Shown: piece by piece, positions 11,611 through 23,648 of the stretch
Numbering within the stretch: position 1 is the stretch's first letter
Layout: the number at the start of each line of letters is the position of its first letter
Assembly: GCF_006345805.1 (NCBI RefSeq)
Contig: NC_042999.1
Location: 131,006,001 to 131,070,000, forward strand
Length of the DNA stretch: 64,000 nt
From: Octopus sinensis
Taxonomy: Eukaryota
Direction: 5' to 3'
Made by a program: the position numbers and the translations under genes
The notes under the pieces: model-generated
Told to the model about the DNA's origin: nothing
The model's database searches: none
Seen by the model: the letters and a program-made list of their open reading frames with translations, nothing else

Positions 11611-14600
11611 CTATATCTAGTGACCTAAGGTCATCCAGGAGACAAATTGTGAACAATTTAGGGGGGATTTTTTTTCTTTTTTTGGTAAAATCCAAAAACT
11701 AAAACAAAATGATTTTTACCCACCCCCTCTTAAAAAAAATCATTACTGTAGATAGTAATGTTAAATCCTCATCACTGTTTGTAGTTAATTGCCTTTCACC
11801 AGTAAATCAATTCAATAAGGCAAGGCAGTCAGCTAGGAGACACAGAGAAGACAGAATTTTACCCAATGTTTTAATAACATTTGCTTGTTATACATTGCCA
11901 AGCTTTTCCAACTGAGCATTTATCATGAATGTAGAAATCCATTACTGATTACAACACTTCACTGAATTGTGAATTAATCCAATGACTGCAAGAAACTCAA
12001 TTGTAAAATCAATATCATGAGTTATCCAGTGAATATCTCGTAGAAAGTAATTCCTCTGAGTCAGATATTCATTATTAATGATCTCTTTCATGATTGTTAC
12101 AGAAAATTTAGTGTTGCGCATTCAACCATTTATTAAATATGTAAACAGTTAAGAAAAAAAAATCATTTCCATTCAGTTTTATTTTTTTGACTCTTTGTGA
12201 TTCTTTTCATTGTCAATGGCAATTTCAGCTTCATTGGCTATTTTATGCACCTAAAATAAAATATCATCAATGAAACTGATTGGTTATTTTCATCTATGCA
12301 GAAAATTTTTACAATAAATAGAAACTACCTATGACATTAACATAATTCATTTTCCACAAAATCACATATTAAACATTGGATGGATGAGCCTAAAATATTT
12401 TTGCACTTTCTGAAATTTTGTAATGGAAAAAAAATTTTTTAACCCTTTGACAACATAATTAAATTTTTTTGATCATTCCCATAATGAAGTTAATTATCCA
12501 CCAAAAGAGAAAAAAAAATTGTATTTTCTACTTCTGCAATACTTTTTCAGTATTTCCTATAAGTACAGTTTTCATATCCACCACTGAAAGTATTTCATCC
12601 TTGCTCTGTAAAAAGATATTTGATGAAATATATGAAAAACTTGAGAAAATCTGAAAAGTTGCCTTTTGTAAAATGTGCCACTGGTGACATCTTTGCTTCT
12701 CACAACATAAGGAGGGTTTTTCTCAAGGTTGTTGGATAAAACCACTTTCTGCAAAAGTTAGGAGGGGTGTTTTAAAAATCTGTACTTAAATTCTAAATGT
12801 TATGTTCCCTTTTAACATCACAACTATATGTGCATCATTGTACAAACTGAATAATAAAATTGAGTATAAAATTATTCAAATGCACTATCATTATCAATTA
12901 AATTTGATTATTTTGCAAAAATATTATCATATGATTTTCACAATGATGAAAGTACAGCTGGTCACTTTTATGGCTTACACTGGTAAAGTTCAAAGGTCAC
13001 TTTCGATTTTCATTTTTGTACTTTAATTTGTTCAATGTATTTTATACAGCAATTATAATAAATCAGATTAAACTCTTCTTTCTGTACATAATAATACTAA
13101 AGAAAAGTCTGTTTATTACACACTAGAAATGTTTCATTGCCTGTAATTAGTTGTATTATACATGAATGTACATTATCATCAATAATATTAATACACTAAC
13201 TTCTTGTTTTTGTACGTACTTGTTGTGTGCGTCACACTTCAAAGAAGTGGCAAAGCGAGAGAGAGGAAGTAAGAGAGAGTGAAAGAGAAAGAGAGAGATA
13301 GTGAAAGAGACAGTGAGTGGTGATGGCATTCGTTTTGTGTCTTTAAATGTTTCAGAGAGGATGTGAGAGAGAGAGAGAGAGAGAGAGGAAGTGAGAGAGA
13401 GTGAGTGGTGACAGCATTTGTTTTGTGTTTTTAAATGTTTATCACATTGCAAGAGAAGTAGATACATAGATACATATACACATTGTGAAATCAGAAGTGG
13501 GAGAGAAGAGGGACACAAAGGAAGTGAAAGAGAAAAAGAGAAAGTGAGAGAGACATTAGATACATAAATCCAAAGAAATGTTCATATATAGATACATACA
13601 CACAGCAAATATTGGATGTCAGTTTCACTTTTCATTACCACATGAGGATAAAATTAACTCACAAATGGTTGAGTACTCCGCAGACATGCATAACATTAAT
13701 GTAGTTCTTGGGGAGATTCAGCCTCACACAGAATATGACATGGTTGGCTCCTTTGAATTACAGCTACAACTCGAGACACATATATATGAATGTATTTGTG
13801 TGTGTGTGTGTGTATAGTTTAGATTAGTTAAAACATGTTTGCAATAGTAAATGTCGCATGGTGGAAATAAATGCAATTACCAAACTTTCATTCATAAATC
13901 CATTTATTTCGTTCTTTTGCGTTTCAATTTGTACATTAGGGTTCTTTGAATATGTACAATGTACTTTAAGGTTAAATAGTAATTCTGTTTACATTTGTGT
14001 AGCTGAGATATTTTGCTTGGATTATACAGTCATTGGTTTTACATTACTTTCTATATTCTGTAACTGTCACAATATACTTTTCTAGGCCTGAATTTTTTGT
14101 GGGAAGGGGTCCAGTTGATTAGATCAACCTTGAACGGACGAAAGTCAAAGTCAATCTCAGCAGAATTTGAACTCAGAACATAAAGACAGATGATCATAAT
14201 ATACAAACATTTCTCATGGCAAGAGTACACTGTTTACAGATGCTTACATTTTTTGTTTTCCATGAATTTTTCATGGATCCACCTAGTACACAAATAAATA
14301 CAGTAATATTAGTTACTACTTTTAATGCATTAGCTAACTAAAGAATTCATCAGATATTACTGACAGGCATTTACAATTATATATTACCTACTGTATATAA
14401 TATTCCATTTTCTTCTATATTGTAGATACAAAGTTTTTACTTGATTTCTTGCTAGTTTCACTTGACATATTGCTAGCTGTGGGTGGTAATAATGCCAAAT
14501 TAATGAGGTATTGGACTACAAGTATAAAGCCAAATATGTTGTAATGTCTTTTGAAGATATATTCAATTCTTTTAGCCTCATCTTAATGAACTAAGAATTA

Positions 14601-14714
14601 GATGTATAACTTTCTAGGAAAAGTTTTCCATAATATCTAGCATTTTATCCCAGGAAAAAATTGAACTTGTTTGACATTCTATAATTCTTTTAATTACTGC
14701 TTGTATTTTTTCAG

Positions 14715-14879
14715 TGAGATTTGGAATCTGTCTAAGTATTATGAAGAAACACTGAAAACACGCCAGAAAAGGTCTCACAACTTGGCATTGAAACGGAAGT
14801 GTGAAGAGGAGCCTTTAGTGAAAAAGAGAAAAGCAGAAGATGGTAAAACCATAATAGAAATGGCTATACGATATAATAA
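14715..14879 (+). CDS. DUS2: DUS2 coding exon: (S)EIWNLSKYYEETLKTRQKRSHNLALKRKCEEEPLVKKRKAEDGKTIIEMAIRYN(K)
   Basis: TTTTTTCAG acceptor, GTAAGT donor at 14880; phase 2 at both ends fits the neighbouring exons. It corresponds to the Dus2 helical-domain end and linker. Confidence 0.88.
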
Positions 14880-16234
14880 GTAAGTATTTTGAAAAGCAGT
14901 ATATTTTACATGTTATAGAATAATATAGAACCTTATATTCCAATATTTCATCCAAAATATCAAAATTTACAGCACTATATCACAATAGTACATATAAATT
15001 ACACATACATGTTACTAGGCTTCAATTAAGCCATTTAGTTTTAATTAAGAAATAAATACTAATTTTAAAAAGAATAAACATTAAACAAAATAGGAATTAT
15101 CAAATGAGTTTTTAGTTAGAAACAATATCTTTTTTGGATTCTACCATTCTTACAACATTTGCACCACTTTCATAGAGTTTGTTACCAAAACTTTTCACTT
15201 GAGACAAAGTGGTTGATTGGGATAGTTTACACCATTCAAATATGAATCATCATCATCGCCATGTGATGCGTCATTTTTCATGCTGGAATGGTTTAAACGG
15301 TTCGACAAGAACCAATGCGTCAGGGGGTTATACTGAGCTCCAATATCTGTTTCGAAATGGTTTCTACAGCTGGATGCCCTTCCTAATGCCATCCACTTTA
15401 CAGAGTGTATTGGGTACTTTGTTTTCTGTGGCATCAGACTAATGATGTTGCCAAGTACTCACAAGGCAAGACCCCTCAATTGTTGTGTGTGTGTGTGTGT
15501 GTGCGTGTGCATGTGTGTGTGTACACACATACACAACAGGCTTCTTTCATATCCACTTTGGTTAACCTGGATCTATCTTAACCCATGCAGTGGAACTGAG
15601 CCCAAAACCACATGGTTGGGAAGCAAACTTTTAATCACACAGCCACATCTGCTCTAAAAGAAAAAACAATAGAACAATAAATGAAAAATTTTACTTGTGT
15701 GTGTGTGTGTGAAAAATTTGGTCTGAAATTCATCGTCATCATCATCATTGAAAAACCTTATTCTATGCTGGCATGGGTTGGATGGTTTGACAGGACCCTA
15801 TGGAATGCATCGTGCTACAGTATCTGCTTTGACATAGTTTCTGTGGCTGGATGCTTTTACTAATGCCAACCACTTTACATCATGTACTGGATGCTTTTTT
15901 TTTTTGTGCCATCAACACTGGTGAGGCCATCATGCTGTTTGTATGACTATGAAATCTGAGGGGGCAACTTTATACTAGGAGATGAGAGTAAAAGATGAAT
16001 AAATGCTGAAGAGAAGGAACCAAGCAGAAGAGGTCTCTTGCTGTAGAAGAGTACCTTTAGAAAAGAGGATGGGAGTGATCATTTGGAATGAGAGAGCAAT
16101 GAATGGCAAGCAGGAGTAGGTTAGCTCTGACAGTGCTGAACAGCAGAGTATTGATATTGTTACTTTTTCTTGTAATTTTCTCCATTTAAAACATATATTC
16201 TAATATATTTACTTATTTTTCTGTAAAAGTTAAG

Positions 16235-16590
16235 TTAATTTTTGGGCTCAAAAAGCAAAAGCAAGGCCATGTAGGGGGATATGGAGTTATGTACAGGGAG
16301 GGTGTTCATGCAAAGAGTTCAGGCCATTTCTGGTCAAGAGAGTCTTTGAACTGAGCGGTCGTCGGCATCCTCACTATCTCGTCCAGCAGCTTATTCCATG
16401 GATCCGCAACCCGGACGGAGAAAGCCCCTCTCCTTTGATTGAGATGAAATCGGTGCAGATAGAGCTTTTCGGAGTGACCCCACAGCTAACGCTCTGGAGC
16501 AGGAGTGAAGAACAGCTCTTTTGAGAGGTTACACTTTCCGTTTATGATGTTGTGAGCAAGAATGAGATCACCATGGCGGCGGCGTTTTTC
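16235..16590 (-). mobile_element. 3' end of a CR1/L2-type LINE
   Basis: The minus strand reads RRRHGDLILAHNIING...LWGHSEKL...RRGAFSVRVADPWNKL...FKDSLD, the conserved CR1-group ORF2 C-terminus. Confidence 0.85.
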
Positions 16591-16591
16591 T

Positions 16592-16983
16592 AGGCATGGC
16601 TGTGTAGTAAAAAGTTTGCTTCCCAACCACATGGTTCCAGGTTCAATCCAACTGTTTGACACACTTGGGCAAATGTCTTCTACTATTGCCTTAGACTGAC
16701 CAAAGTGAGTGGATTTGATAGACAGAAACTGAAAAAGCCTGCTGTATATATATGTGTGTGTGTGTGTGTGTGTCTTTGTGTATGTGTTTGTCCCCCACCA
16801 CCACTTGACAACTGGTGTTGGTGTGTTTACATCACCATACCTTAGCAGTTTGGCAAAAGTGACCAAAATACCAAGCTTTACACAAAAAATAATAAGTACT
16901 TTGAACAATTCGTTTTACTAAAATTCTTCAAGGCTGTACCCCAGCATGGTCGCAGACTAATGACTGAAACAAATAAAAGATAA
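16592..16983 (+). mobile_element. tRNA-derived SINE, family B (internal microsatellite)
   Basis: Head GGC.TGGCTGTGTRG...AACCACATGGTTCC.GGTTCA, internal (TA)/(TG) run, and tail ..GACTGAAACAA..AAAAGA; shared with 55398-55791. Confidence 0.8.
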
Positions 16984-17151
16984 TGTCCTTTTTTTTTATT
17001 ATTTTAGATTTACAACATGATTACTGATATATTTGTTTATTTGTACCCAAAAAGAAAGTAACAAATAGAAGCATCTCTGTTTTGGATTAATAAAATGACT
17101 ATCCACAATCAACAATTTAGTTACTTTCATAATTTGAATTATTTGTTTTAG

Positions 17152-17239
17152 GAGAGATTACCCACTGGCCATTACTCCAAAGATGAGATTATTTGAGTGG
17201 ACTTGCCGAAATAAAATGAAAGCCCCAATATACTGCACA
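17152..17239 (+). CDS. DUS2: DUS2 coding exon (dsRBD start): (K)RDYPLAITPKMRLFEWTCRNKMKAPIYCT
   Basis: TTTAG acceptor, GTAAGT donor at 17240. Matches human RRAYPAQITPKMCLLEWCRREKLAQPVYET (from memory). Confidence 0.95.
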
Positions 17240-17388
17240 GTAAGTCTGATTCTAAATTTTAACAAACCTTTTGCTACTTCTTTTCTTATTCCCACCACCT
17301 TTAATGTTTTTAACCCTTTCATTACCAAGTTTTCGTATACTTCTTTTGTTTCAACTAATTTTGAAAATAATGAAGAATTTGTTAAAAT

Positions 17389-17675
17389 AACAATTGCAGC
17401 ATGGAAGGTGTTTATAAGCCATTTAAGAAACACACAAAAACCTTTAGATTCACTTCAACGTTTAAATTTAATTTGTCAAAATATTTTCGTTGCTTTGAGA
17501 CCGCGACCTGTTCACTGACAAAATTCTGTGCTGCATGGAATTTTGTCAGTGAACAGGTCGCGGTCTCAAAGCGACGTAAATATTTTGACAAATTAAACTT
17601 AAATGTTGAAGTGAACCTAAAGGTTTTTGTGTGGTTCTTAAATGGCTTATAAACACCTTCCACGCTGCAATTGTT
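17389..17675. repeat. Palindrome, 138-bp arms (7 mismatches), 11-nt loop
   Basis: Arms 17389-17526 and 17538-17675 are reverse complements. The ORF track shows near-identical peptides on both strands (17401..17652+ and 17412..17663-). Confidence 0.97.
17472..17522 (-). ncRNA. Candidate minimal type I hammerhead ribozyme (G3-C8 variant, extra G after A9); the mirror copy at 17542-17592(+) carries A13U
   Basis: UUUGUCA|GUGAACA|G|GUCGC GGUCUCAAA GCAAC|GAA|AAUAUU|U|UGACAAA: 7-bp stem I, stem II with one mismatch, palindromic stem III, UUU cleavage triplet. Fold assigned by eye. Confidence 0.55.
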
Positions 17676-17807
17676 TTCGTTCCATCACACAATCTCAGAT
17701 CAGATCACTTGCTATGCAAGTACATCTCCATAATTTGTTAAAATAATTTTATCATTATTAAGCTGGGATGTAGAACATAAATTAACATGGAATTTTCAAT
17801 GAAAGCT

Positions 17808-18023
17808 TTAACTCTTTAGCATTTTGATTATTCTGATTATTCATTCACATTGTTTTGAATTAATCATGCATTATCTGATAGCTTTGAGATTTTGATGAGG
17901 TAGCCACTATTATTTGGAATGATATTGTAGAGTTGGTGTCAGAGGCCAGATCTGGTCAGTTTGAACATAAAACAGTTATGATATTTTGGCCGGATATGGC
18001 CAGTTTAAATGCTAAAGGGTTAA
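17808..18023. mobile_element. TTAA-flanked MITE (piggyBac-like termini)
   Basis: TTAA-CTCTTTAGCATT ... AATGCTAAAGGG-TTAA; same family as 7318-7545. Confidence 0.8.
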
Positions 18024-18191
18024 TTTAAATCACCTTGACACAACAAAGTTTTATCATAGAAACAAGGCAGTCTGCGTGGATTGGTATCAAAAGGGCTAAC
18101 ATAGGAAAACAATCCACAAATACTGAAACTCACATAATGTAAGTATTACTGTCACTCCTCTCATTTTACTTTTTCTTTCCTTTTTCTCCAG

Positions 18192-18265
18192 GTTGAACGA
18201 CCTGATGATCGATGTTTTCACACTGTTCTGACTGTAGAAGACACAAAATATACTACACCCTTTTG
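18192..18265 (+). CDS. DUS2: DUS2 coding exon (dsRBD): VERPDDRCFHTVLTVEDTKYTTPF(W)
   Basis: Long pyrimidine tract + CAG acceptor, GTAAGT donor at 18266. Matches human VQRPLDRLFSSIVTVAEQKYQSTLW (from memory). Confidence 0.95.
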
Positions 18266-19899
18266 GTAAGTTCAGTTTTAAGTTAATTCTATTTAGATAA
18301 CAACTTACTTGAAATATCTAACAAGAAATAAGATTGGATTTTTTTTTTCTTGATCACAAGACAATTGTTGTTTAGACCCCGGTCAGTCTTGAGTGAGCAG
18401 ACCTATGATCAAAGCAGTTCATCCATGCCTACTGTATCTTTTATTTAGTGTATTTAGGACTATATTGCCCAGTGTCTCTTCCATTTTTTTAAGCTTGTAG
18501 GGTGGAATTTGTGGAATATTTGGCTGCTATTTCTGGCAAGTGTTATCGTAGAAGCTCTTTCATTGTAAATTTGCTTCAACACTAGCACATTACTGAATCT
18601 GGTTCTCATTTTATCAATCCCAGTTATTTCATTGTTTTAACATGCATTTTTCCATGGTTGCATGGGTCAAATGGAATTTGTTGAGGTAGATTTTCTATAG
18701 ACAGATGTCCTTCCTGATGTCAACCCTCATTTGTTTCCAAATAAGTGAATATTTCCCTGGGTATGTTTCCATGGAAGATTGGAAATGAAGGACACATCTT
18801 GCTTGACAGGGATGCTCATTTACAACACATGTTGTCCTTCATACAAAAACTGAATTAGGCCCCAAAGTTGTGTTTACCACTTCTGCTGCTGACATCTGCA
18901 CTCTCGTCTCATCTGCTAAAAATTTGCTACTGTTAACATTTCACAAACACCAAAGGAGAGTATACATGTCCTGCTTCTCATTTTTTTTTTTTTCCCCCCC
19001 AATTTTGATATTTTTGCCCTTGCTGTGGTCTCTTATCCATCTACATTTGCACTGCACTGCTTTGTGAGTAACCTTTGCCAAAAACAAGAGCATCTGATTG
19101 TACTTTCAAGTACAAGCTGAGAGAAAATTTCCACTGCAAAACAACATGTACTCTGGCAATCCCACTCCTTTGAACTTCTTACAGAACTTTCACAACTGAC
19201 TTTGATCAGTTCTCCATCTCTTAAGACTCATTGGAGAAAGAAGCATACCAAATGTGGATCCAATTGCAAACCAGTTTGATTCTACTGACATTGAAAGTAA
19301 ATTGTTTTATGCAATGTCTTTCTGATTCACTTAATTTAGCTATATCCATCCACACTGAACTCCCTGCTGTGCCTCCTTAGTGACCCTGCTTTTCTCTTAG
19401 TTCTTTCTGAAGACTTCTAACACCAAGACCCTTCTATGCTTTTGACTTTGTGTAGTGAAATAATGCTTCGTAGGCTACAAAACCAGGCCTCTTGTAGTTT
19501 GTATTGCACACAAAATCTCCTTCACATGTGCAACAACTTCATCTACAACCGTCTCCACCATCTAGCAGGTGGTATATTCCATTGGGTATAAATTTCATTG
19601 GTCATAATGATTTTTCCATTTCTCTTACTAATCAAAAGGGAATTAATTTAGTCTTTAACTGTTCACCCTGTCGATTATTTTGGAGGTTCATTTTTTAAAA
19701 AAATCATTTTAACCAAAGAAAGACTTTTTGTACTCCCTCAGACTGGTGAAGTTATCAGTGTTAATGTAAAGCGGCAACTTCTACAGGTTGTTAATTGTTA
19801 TAAAAGTGTGGGCAGAGAGAGAGAAAGTCTCAGAGGGTTGTAATTTGGAGAAGAAAAAATTAAGGTATTCAATGTCAGGTTTAGTGGATTAGACAAGGA

Positions 19900-20930
19900 A
19901 CAGAGGAGGATTTAATGGGTGTGCAGCTTGCTAATTTAAAGAGGTACTTATGTGTACCTGTAAAATATTATAACTACTAGCCTTACAGATATACTCTTTT
20001 AAGTATATTTGTGAGTGTAATAGTATACAGGATATTATTGTTCAGTAAAAGGGTGTGGTGTGATTTACCTTGATGTAATTCCCACAGATATGTTTGTTGA
20101 TGCATGTACTCTACTGACATTGGCCTTACTTCAGCTGAAGTATATTCTGACCATGTAAAGAAGCTGAACCTTTTGAGAGTTTTATGAATATGGGGTTGCC
20201 ATGAAAGTTCATCAAAGTTTGTATGGCCTAGCATTCAAGGGTTTTAGTTGGGTGTTGTTCATGATATAGAAAAGTGTAATGTAAGATTGTATTCTGGATA
20301 ATTGATTGATTGTTGTTTGATACTGTTGAAATAAACTAGTTTATAGGATATTTTTGAAGTTTGTTCATAGCTGTGTACATTTGGTATCAGATGTCTAGGA
20401 TGTATATTGGTAACAGCTATGTATAGAAGGCGGATGAAGTGTGATATTAATCAATGAGTAGCAGTAATAGCAAGACAGTCATTAATGTAAAATAGATAGA
20501 ATCTGGGAGACAGAAGAACATTGACATATACCATAGTTAATAGACGTGGAGTGGAGATGGCCCCAGTAAAGCATATTGTAATGGAGTCATCTGGCAAGAG
20601 ATAAGAAATAGTGTTTATTGGTAAGCAAAGTTGGCAAGGAAGCTTAGATGGCATTATGTTAAACGCAACTGAGAGACATTCTGATGTTAAAGGTGACAAC
20701 GTTGTTTTTGCTGAAGTCCTATGAGATGAGAGACTACAGGTCTGTGACTTAATGAAAATAGATCTTGGAAATTGTACTGTTAGATGTTGAGAAGAGGAAG
20801 AAACTCTGTCATAAAACAGAATTAGCAAAACTCTGGTCAGAGTTGAAGTACCAGAGTTCAATACTTCCAAGGTTATTGTGCAGTTGAATATGATATGATG
20901 TGAGATTATTTGATTAGGCATTGTTTAGGC
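19900..20930 (-). mobile_element. Highly decayed CR1/L2-like LINE reverse-transcriptase region
   Basis: Minus-strand VLLSPRFYLFYINDCL resembles S.LSP.LF..YINDL; LSWQPHI..VRPMSVEY resembles LSW..HI..IRP.LEY. Confidence 0.55.
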
Positions 20931-21109
20931 AATCCATTGACAGTATTGTTGGTATTATGTTGGATTTAGAGGTAAGGAAGAATATAAAAGTGGTTTATTA
21001 GTTTGTTCAATATTCATTTTACCAGGCCATATTTGAGACACATTTTATGGTTGGATGCTCTTCTTCCTGACACTTGTTTTTCAGTTGCATTCTCAATATC
21101 ACTGTCATC

Positions 21110-21510
21110 AAGTGATCTCTAACTGTGGAGGGAACCTGGGGAAGAGGTAGACCCAGGAAGATGTGAGATGAGGTGGTGAAATATGATCTTTGGATGTTGA
21201 GTCTCACAAAGGTGATGACAAGTGACCAAGACTTTTGGCAATCTGTTTGGTTTGAGAAGACATGTGAAGCTAAGTGAAATTGTCATGACCAGTGCCAGTG
21301 ACATGTAAAAGGCACCTGTGCTGATGAGGCTTAAAAGGAACATACCACACTCTGTGGAGTGGTTGGCATTAGGAAGGGCATCCAGCTGTATAAACCCAGC
21401 TAAAACAGACTGGAGCCTGGTGCAGTTCTCTGGCTTGCCAGTTCCAGTCAAACCGTGTACCCCATGCCAGCATGGAAAATAGATCCTTGATGATGATGAT
21501 GATGACAACG
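21110..21510 (+). mobile_element. RTE LINE 3' fragment
   Basis: VEGT.GRGRPRK.W-type C-terminal coding remnant, followed by the family 3'UTR and a (GAT)n tail. Confidence 0.8.
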
Positions 21511-22629
21511 ACGATGACGATTCTCCTCCTCCTCAAGAGATGAGTGCAGTTGTGAAGCACAATTTTGCTTTTAGGTTTTGTAACTGAGTAAATTCCACCA
21601 AAAGCATGTGGGAGCCAAGAAGTGACCTGTATGAAGAAGCCTGTTAGACCTATCTTAAATAAAGTACAGGTCTTGGTGTATATATATTGTGATACTAGCA
21701 CAATATACAGTCTGCCGAAGGTTGATAATTTCCATTCCAGAACTATTAAACCTATTAAACTTTTGAATTAGTTGCTTTCAATGGTTGTGGAAGCTATGAA
21801 TATTTTGTCAAAGTAGATTCAGCTAAGCAAAGGTATAGAACTGGAGTGGAGTTATATAAGAAAAGTTTAGTTTAGAATGAGTTTCAGAAAAGTAAGTAAA
21901 AATATAAGCAGCAGTTAATGTAATAGCTTTCAGATAGTAAGCAGCAGTTGATGAAGATGGGGAACAAATGAAGTCATTAAGGATGATTATCTCTGAATCT
22001 CAGACAAGCCAAGGAATGAATGACCTTTTGCTACTTAGTAGTGTAGTGGTTCTGGGTTTGATTACACTGCATAGCATCTTGGGTAAGTGTCCCTTGAACC
22101 CACTAAATTTGATTGACAGAACCTGTAGGGAAGCTTGTTGGAAACTTATTGGATGTGTATGTGTGCGTATGTGTGCACGGGCGTATGTACATCCATCCGT
22201 CCATCCATGTGTATTGGCATGAGATGAACAATATCAGTACATCGAATAACCTGGCCAATTTTAGTTTCTTCTGAATTACATCCCTTTACACCAAGACCAA
22301 TAAGATAAGTATCAGACAAATTATATAATCAATAAAAAAAAAAACTCTTGAAAGCAATGTCCCCAACGTGGCTACAGTTTAATAACTGAAACTAGTAAAA
22401 AAATTTATCAAGAAGCGGGAGATGGAGATTGATCCCACTTAAAATATTACACAATTCTTGCAACATTGTTTGGATTCCCTACATAATTGTTTCTATTAAT
22501 CATTTTACTTTATATTAAGTATAACTATTTTTTTGCAACTGGTAAGCTATTTAGCTATTGACCAAAACGTAAGTTTTAACCATATTATTTTTCAAACTAC
22601 TTCACAAATAATTCTTTTTTTTTTCCAAT

Positions 22630-23648
22630 TTTCCAAAGATTGGGAATAAGAATAGACTGGGTAAAGTTCAGAAAGCTCCTAGTTCTGCTGGCAACAAAGG
22701 GCCTCTCGCTCAGAGTGAAAGGTAGACTGTATGATGCATGTGCCATGCTACATAGCAGTGAAACATGGGCCATGACTGCTGAGGACATGTGTAGGCTTGA
22801 AAGAAATGAAGCTAGTATGAGCCACTGGATGTGTAATGTCAGTGTGCATACACAACAATGTAAGTTCCCTGAGAGAAAAGTTGGACATAAGAAGCATCAG
22901 ATGTGGTGTGCAAAAGAGAGACAACTGTGCTGGTATAGTCGTGTTGCATATGGATTAGGACAGCTGTGTGAAGAAGTCACACCCTAACAGTGGAGGGAAA
23001 CTGTGGAAGAGGTAGACCCAGGAAGACGTGGGATGAGGTGGTGAAGCACGACCTTTGAGCATTAGGCCTCACAGAGGCAGTAACAGAGACCGAGACCTTT
23101 GGAGATGTGCTTTGATTGCGAAGACCCGGAAAGTAAAGTGAGATTGCAGCCAAGGCCGATGACAGTGTTACATAACCGGGCAATGTGATGTGCTTGAGAA
23201 GACCTGTTGAGTTAAGTGAAATAAAAATCGTAATCATGGCCAGTGCCACCTGACTGGCACCCATGCTAGTGGCACATAATAAGCAACATTTGAGCATGGG
23301 TTAATGCTAGTGCCACCTGACTGGCTCCCCGTGCCGGTGACATGTAAAAAGCACCATGTGAACATGGTTGATGCTAGTGCCTCTTGACTGGCTCCCATAT
23401 TGGTGGCACGTAAAAAGCATTATCTGAATGTGGTTGATGCCAGTGCCACCTGACTGGCTCCCATGCCAGTGGCATGTAAAAAGCACCCACTACGATCTCA
23501 GAGTGCTTGGTGTTAGGAAGAGCATCCAGCTGTAGAAGCCTTTCCAGATCAGATTGGAGTCTGGTGCAACCTACTGGCTTGCTAGTCCTCAGTCAAATCA
23601 TCCAACCCATGCCAGCATGGAAAGTAGATGTTAAACGGTGATGATTAT
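22630..23648 (+). mobile_element. 5'-truncated RTE LINE (about 1 kb)
   Basis: IRIDWVKFRKLLVLLATKGLSLRVKGRLYDAC matches the ORF at 58157-58999. The 3'UTR has four units of about 57 bp and a GAT tail. Confidence 0.9.

Larger units (their letters stand above)
17310..17811. mobile_element. TTAA-flanked MITE interrupted by a palindromic insert
   Basis: Ends TTAACCCTTTCATTACC ... AATGAAAGCTTTAA. The body resembles the reverse complement of 26030-26175. The insert is flanked by AATTTGTTAAAATAA repeats. Confidence 0.6.

Noticed and set aside
17401-17663. Near-identical 83-aa ORFs on both strands
   Set aside because: A consequence of the palindrome, not evidence of a protein.
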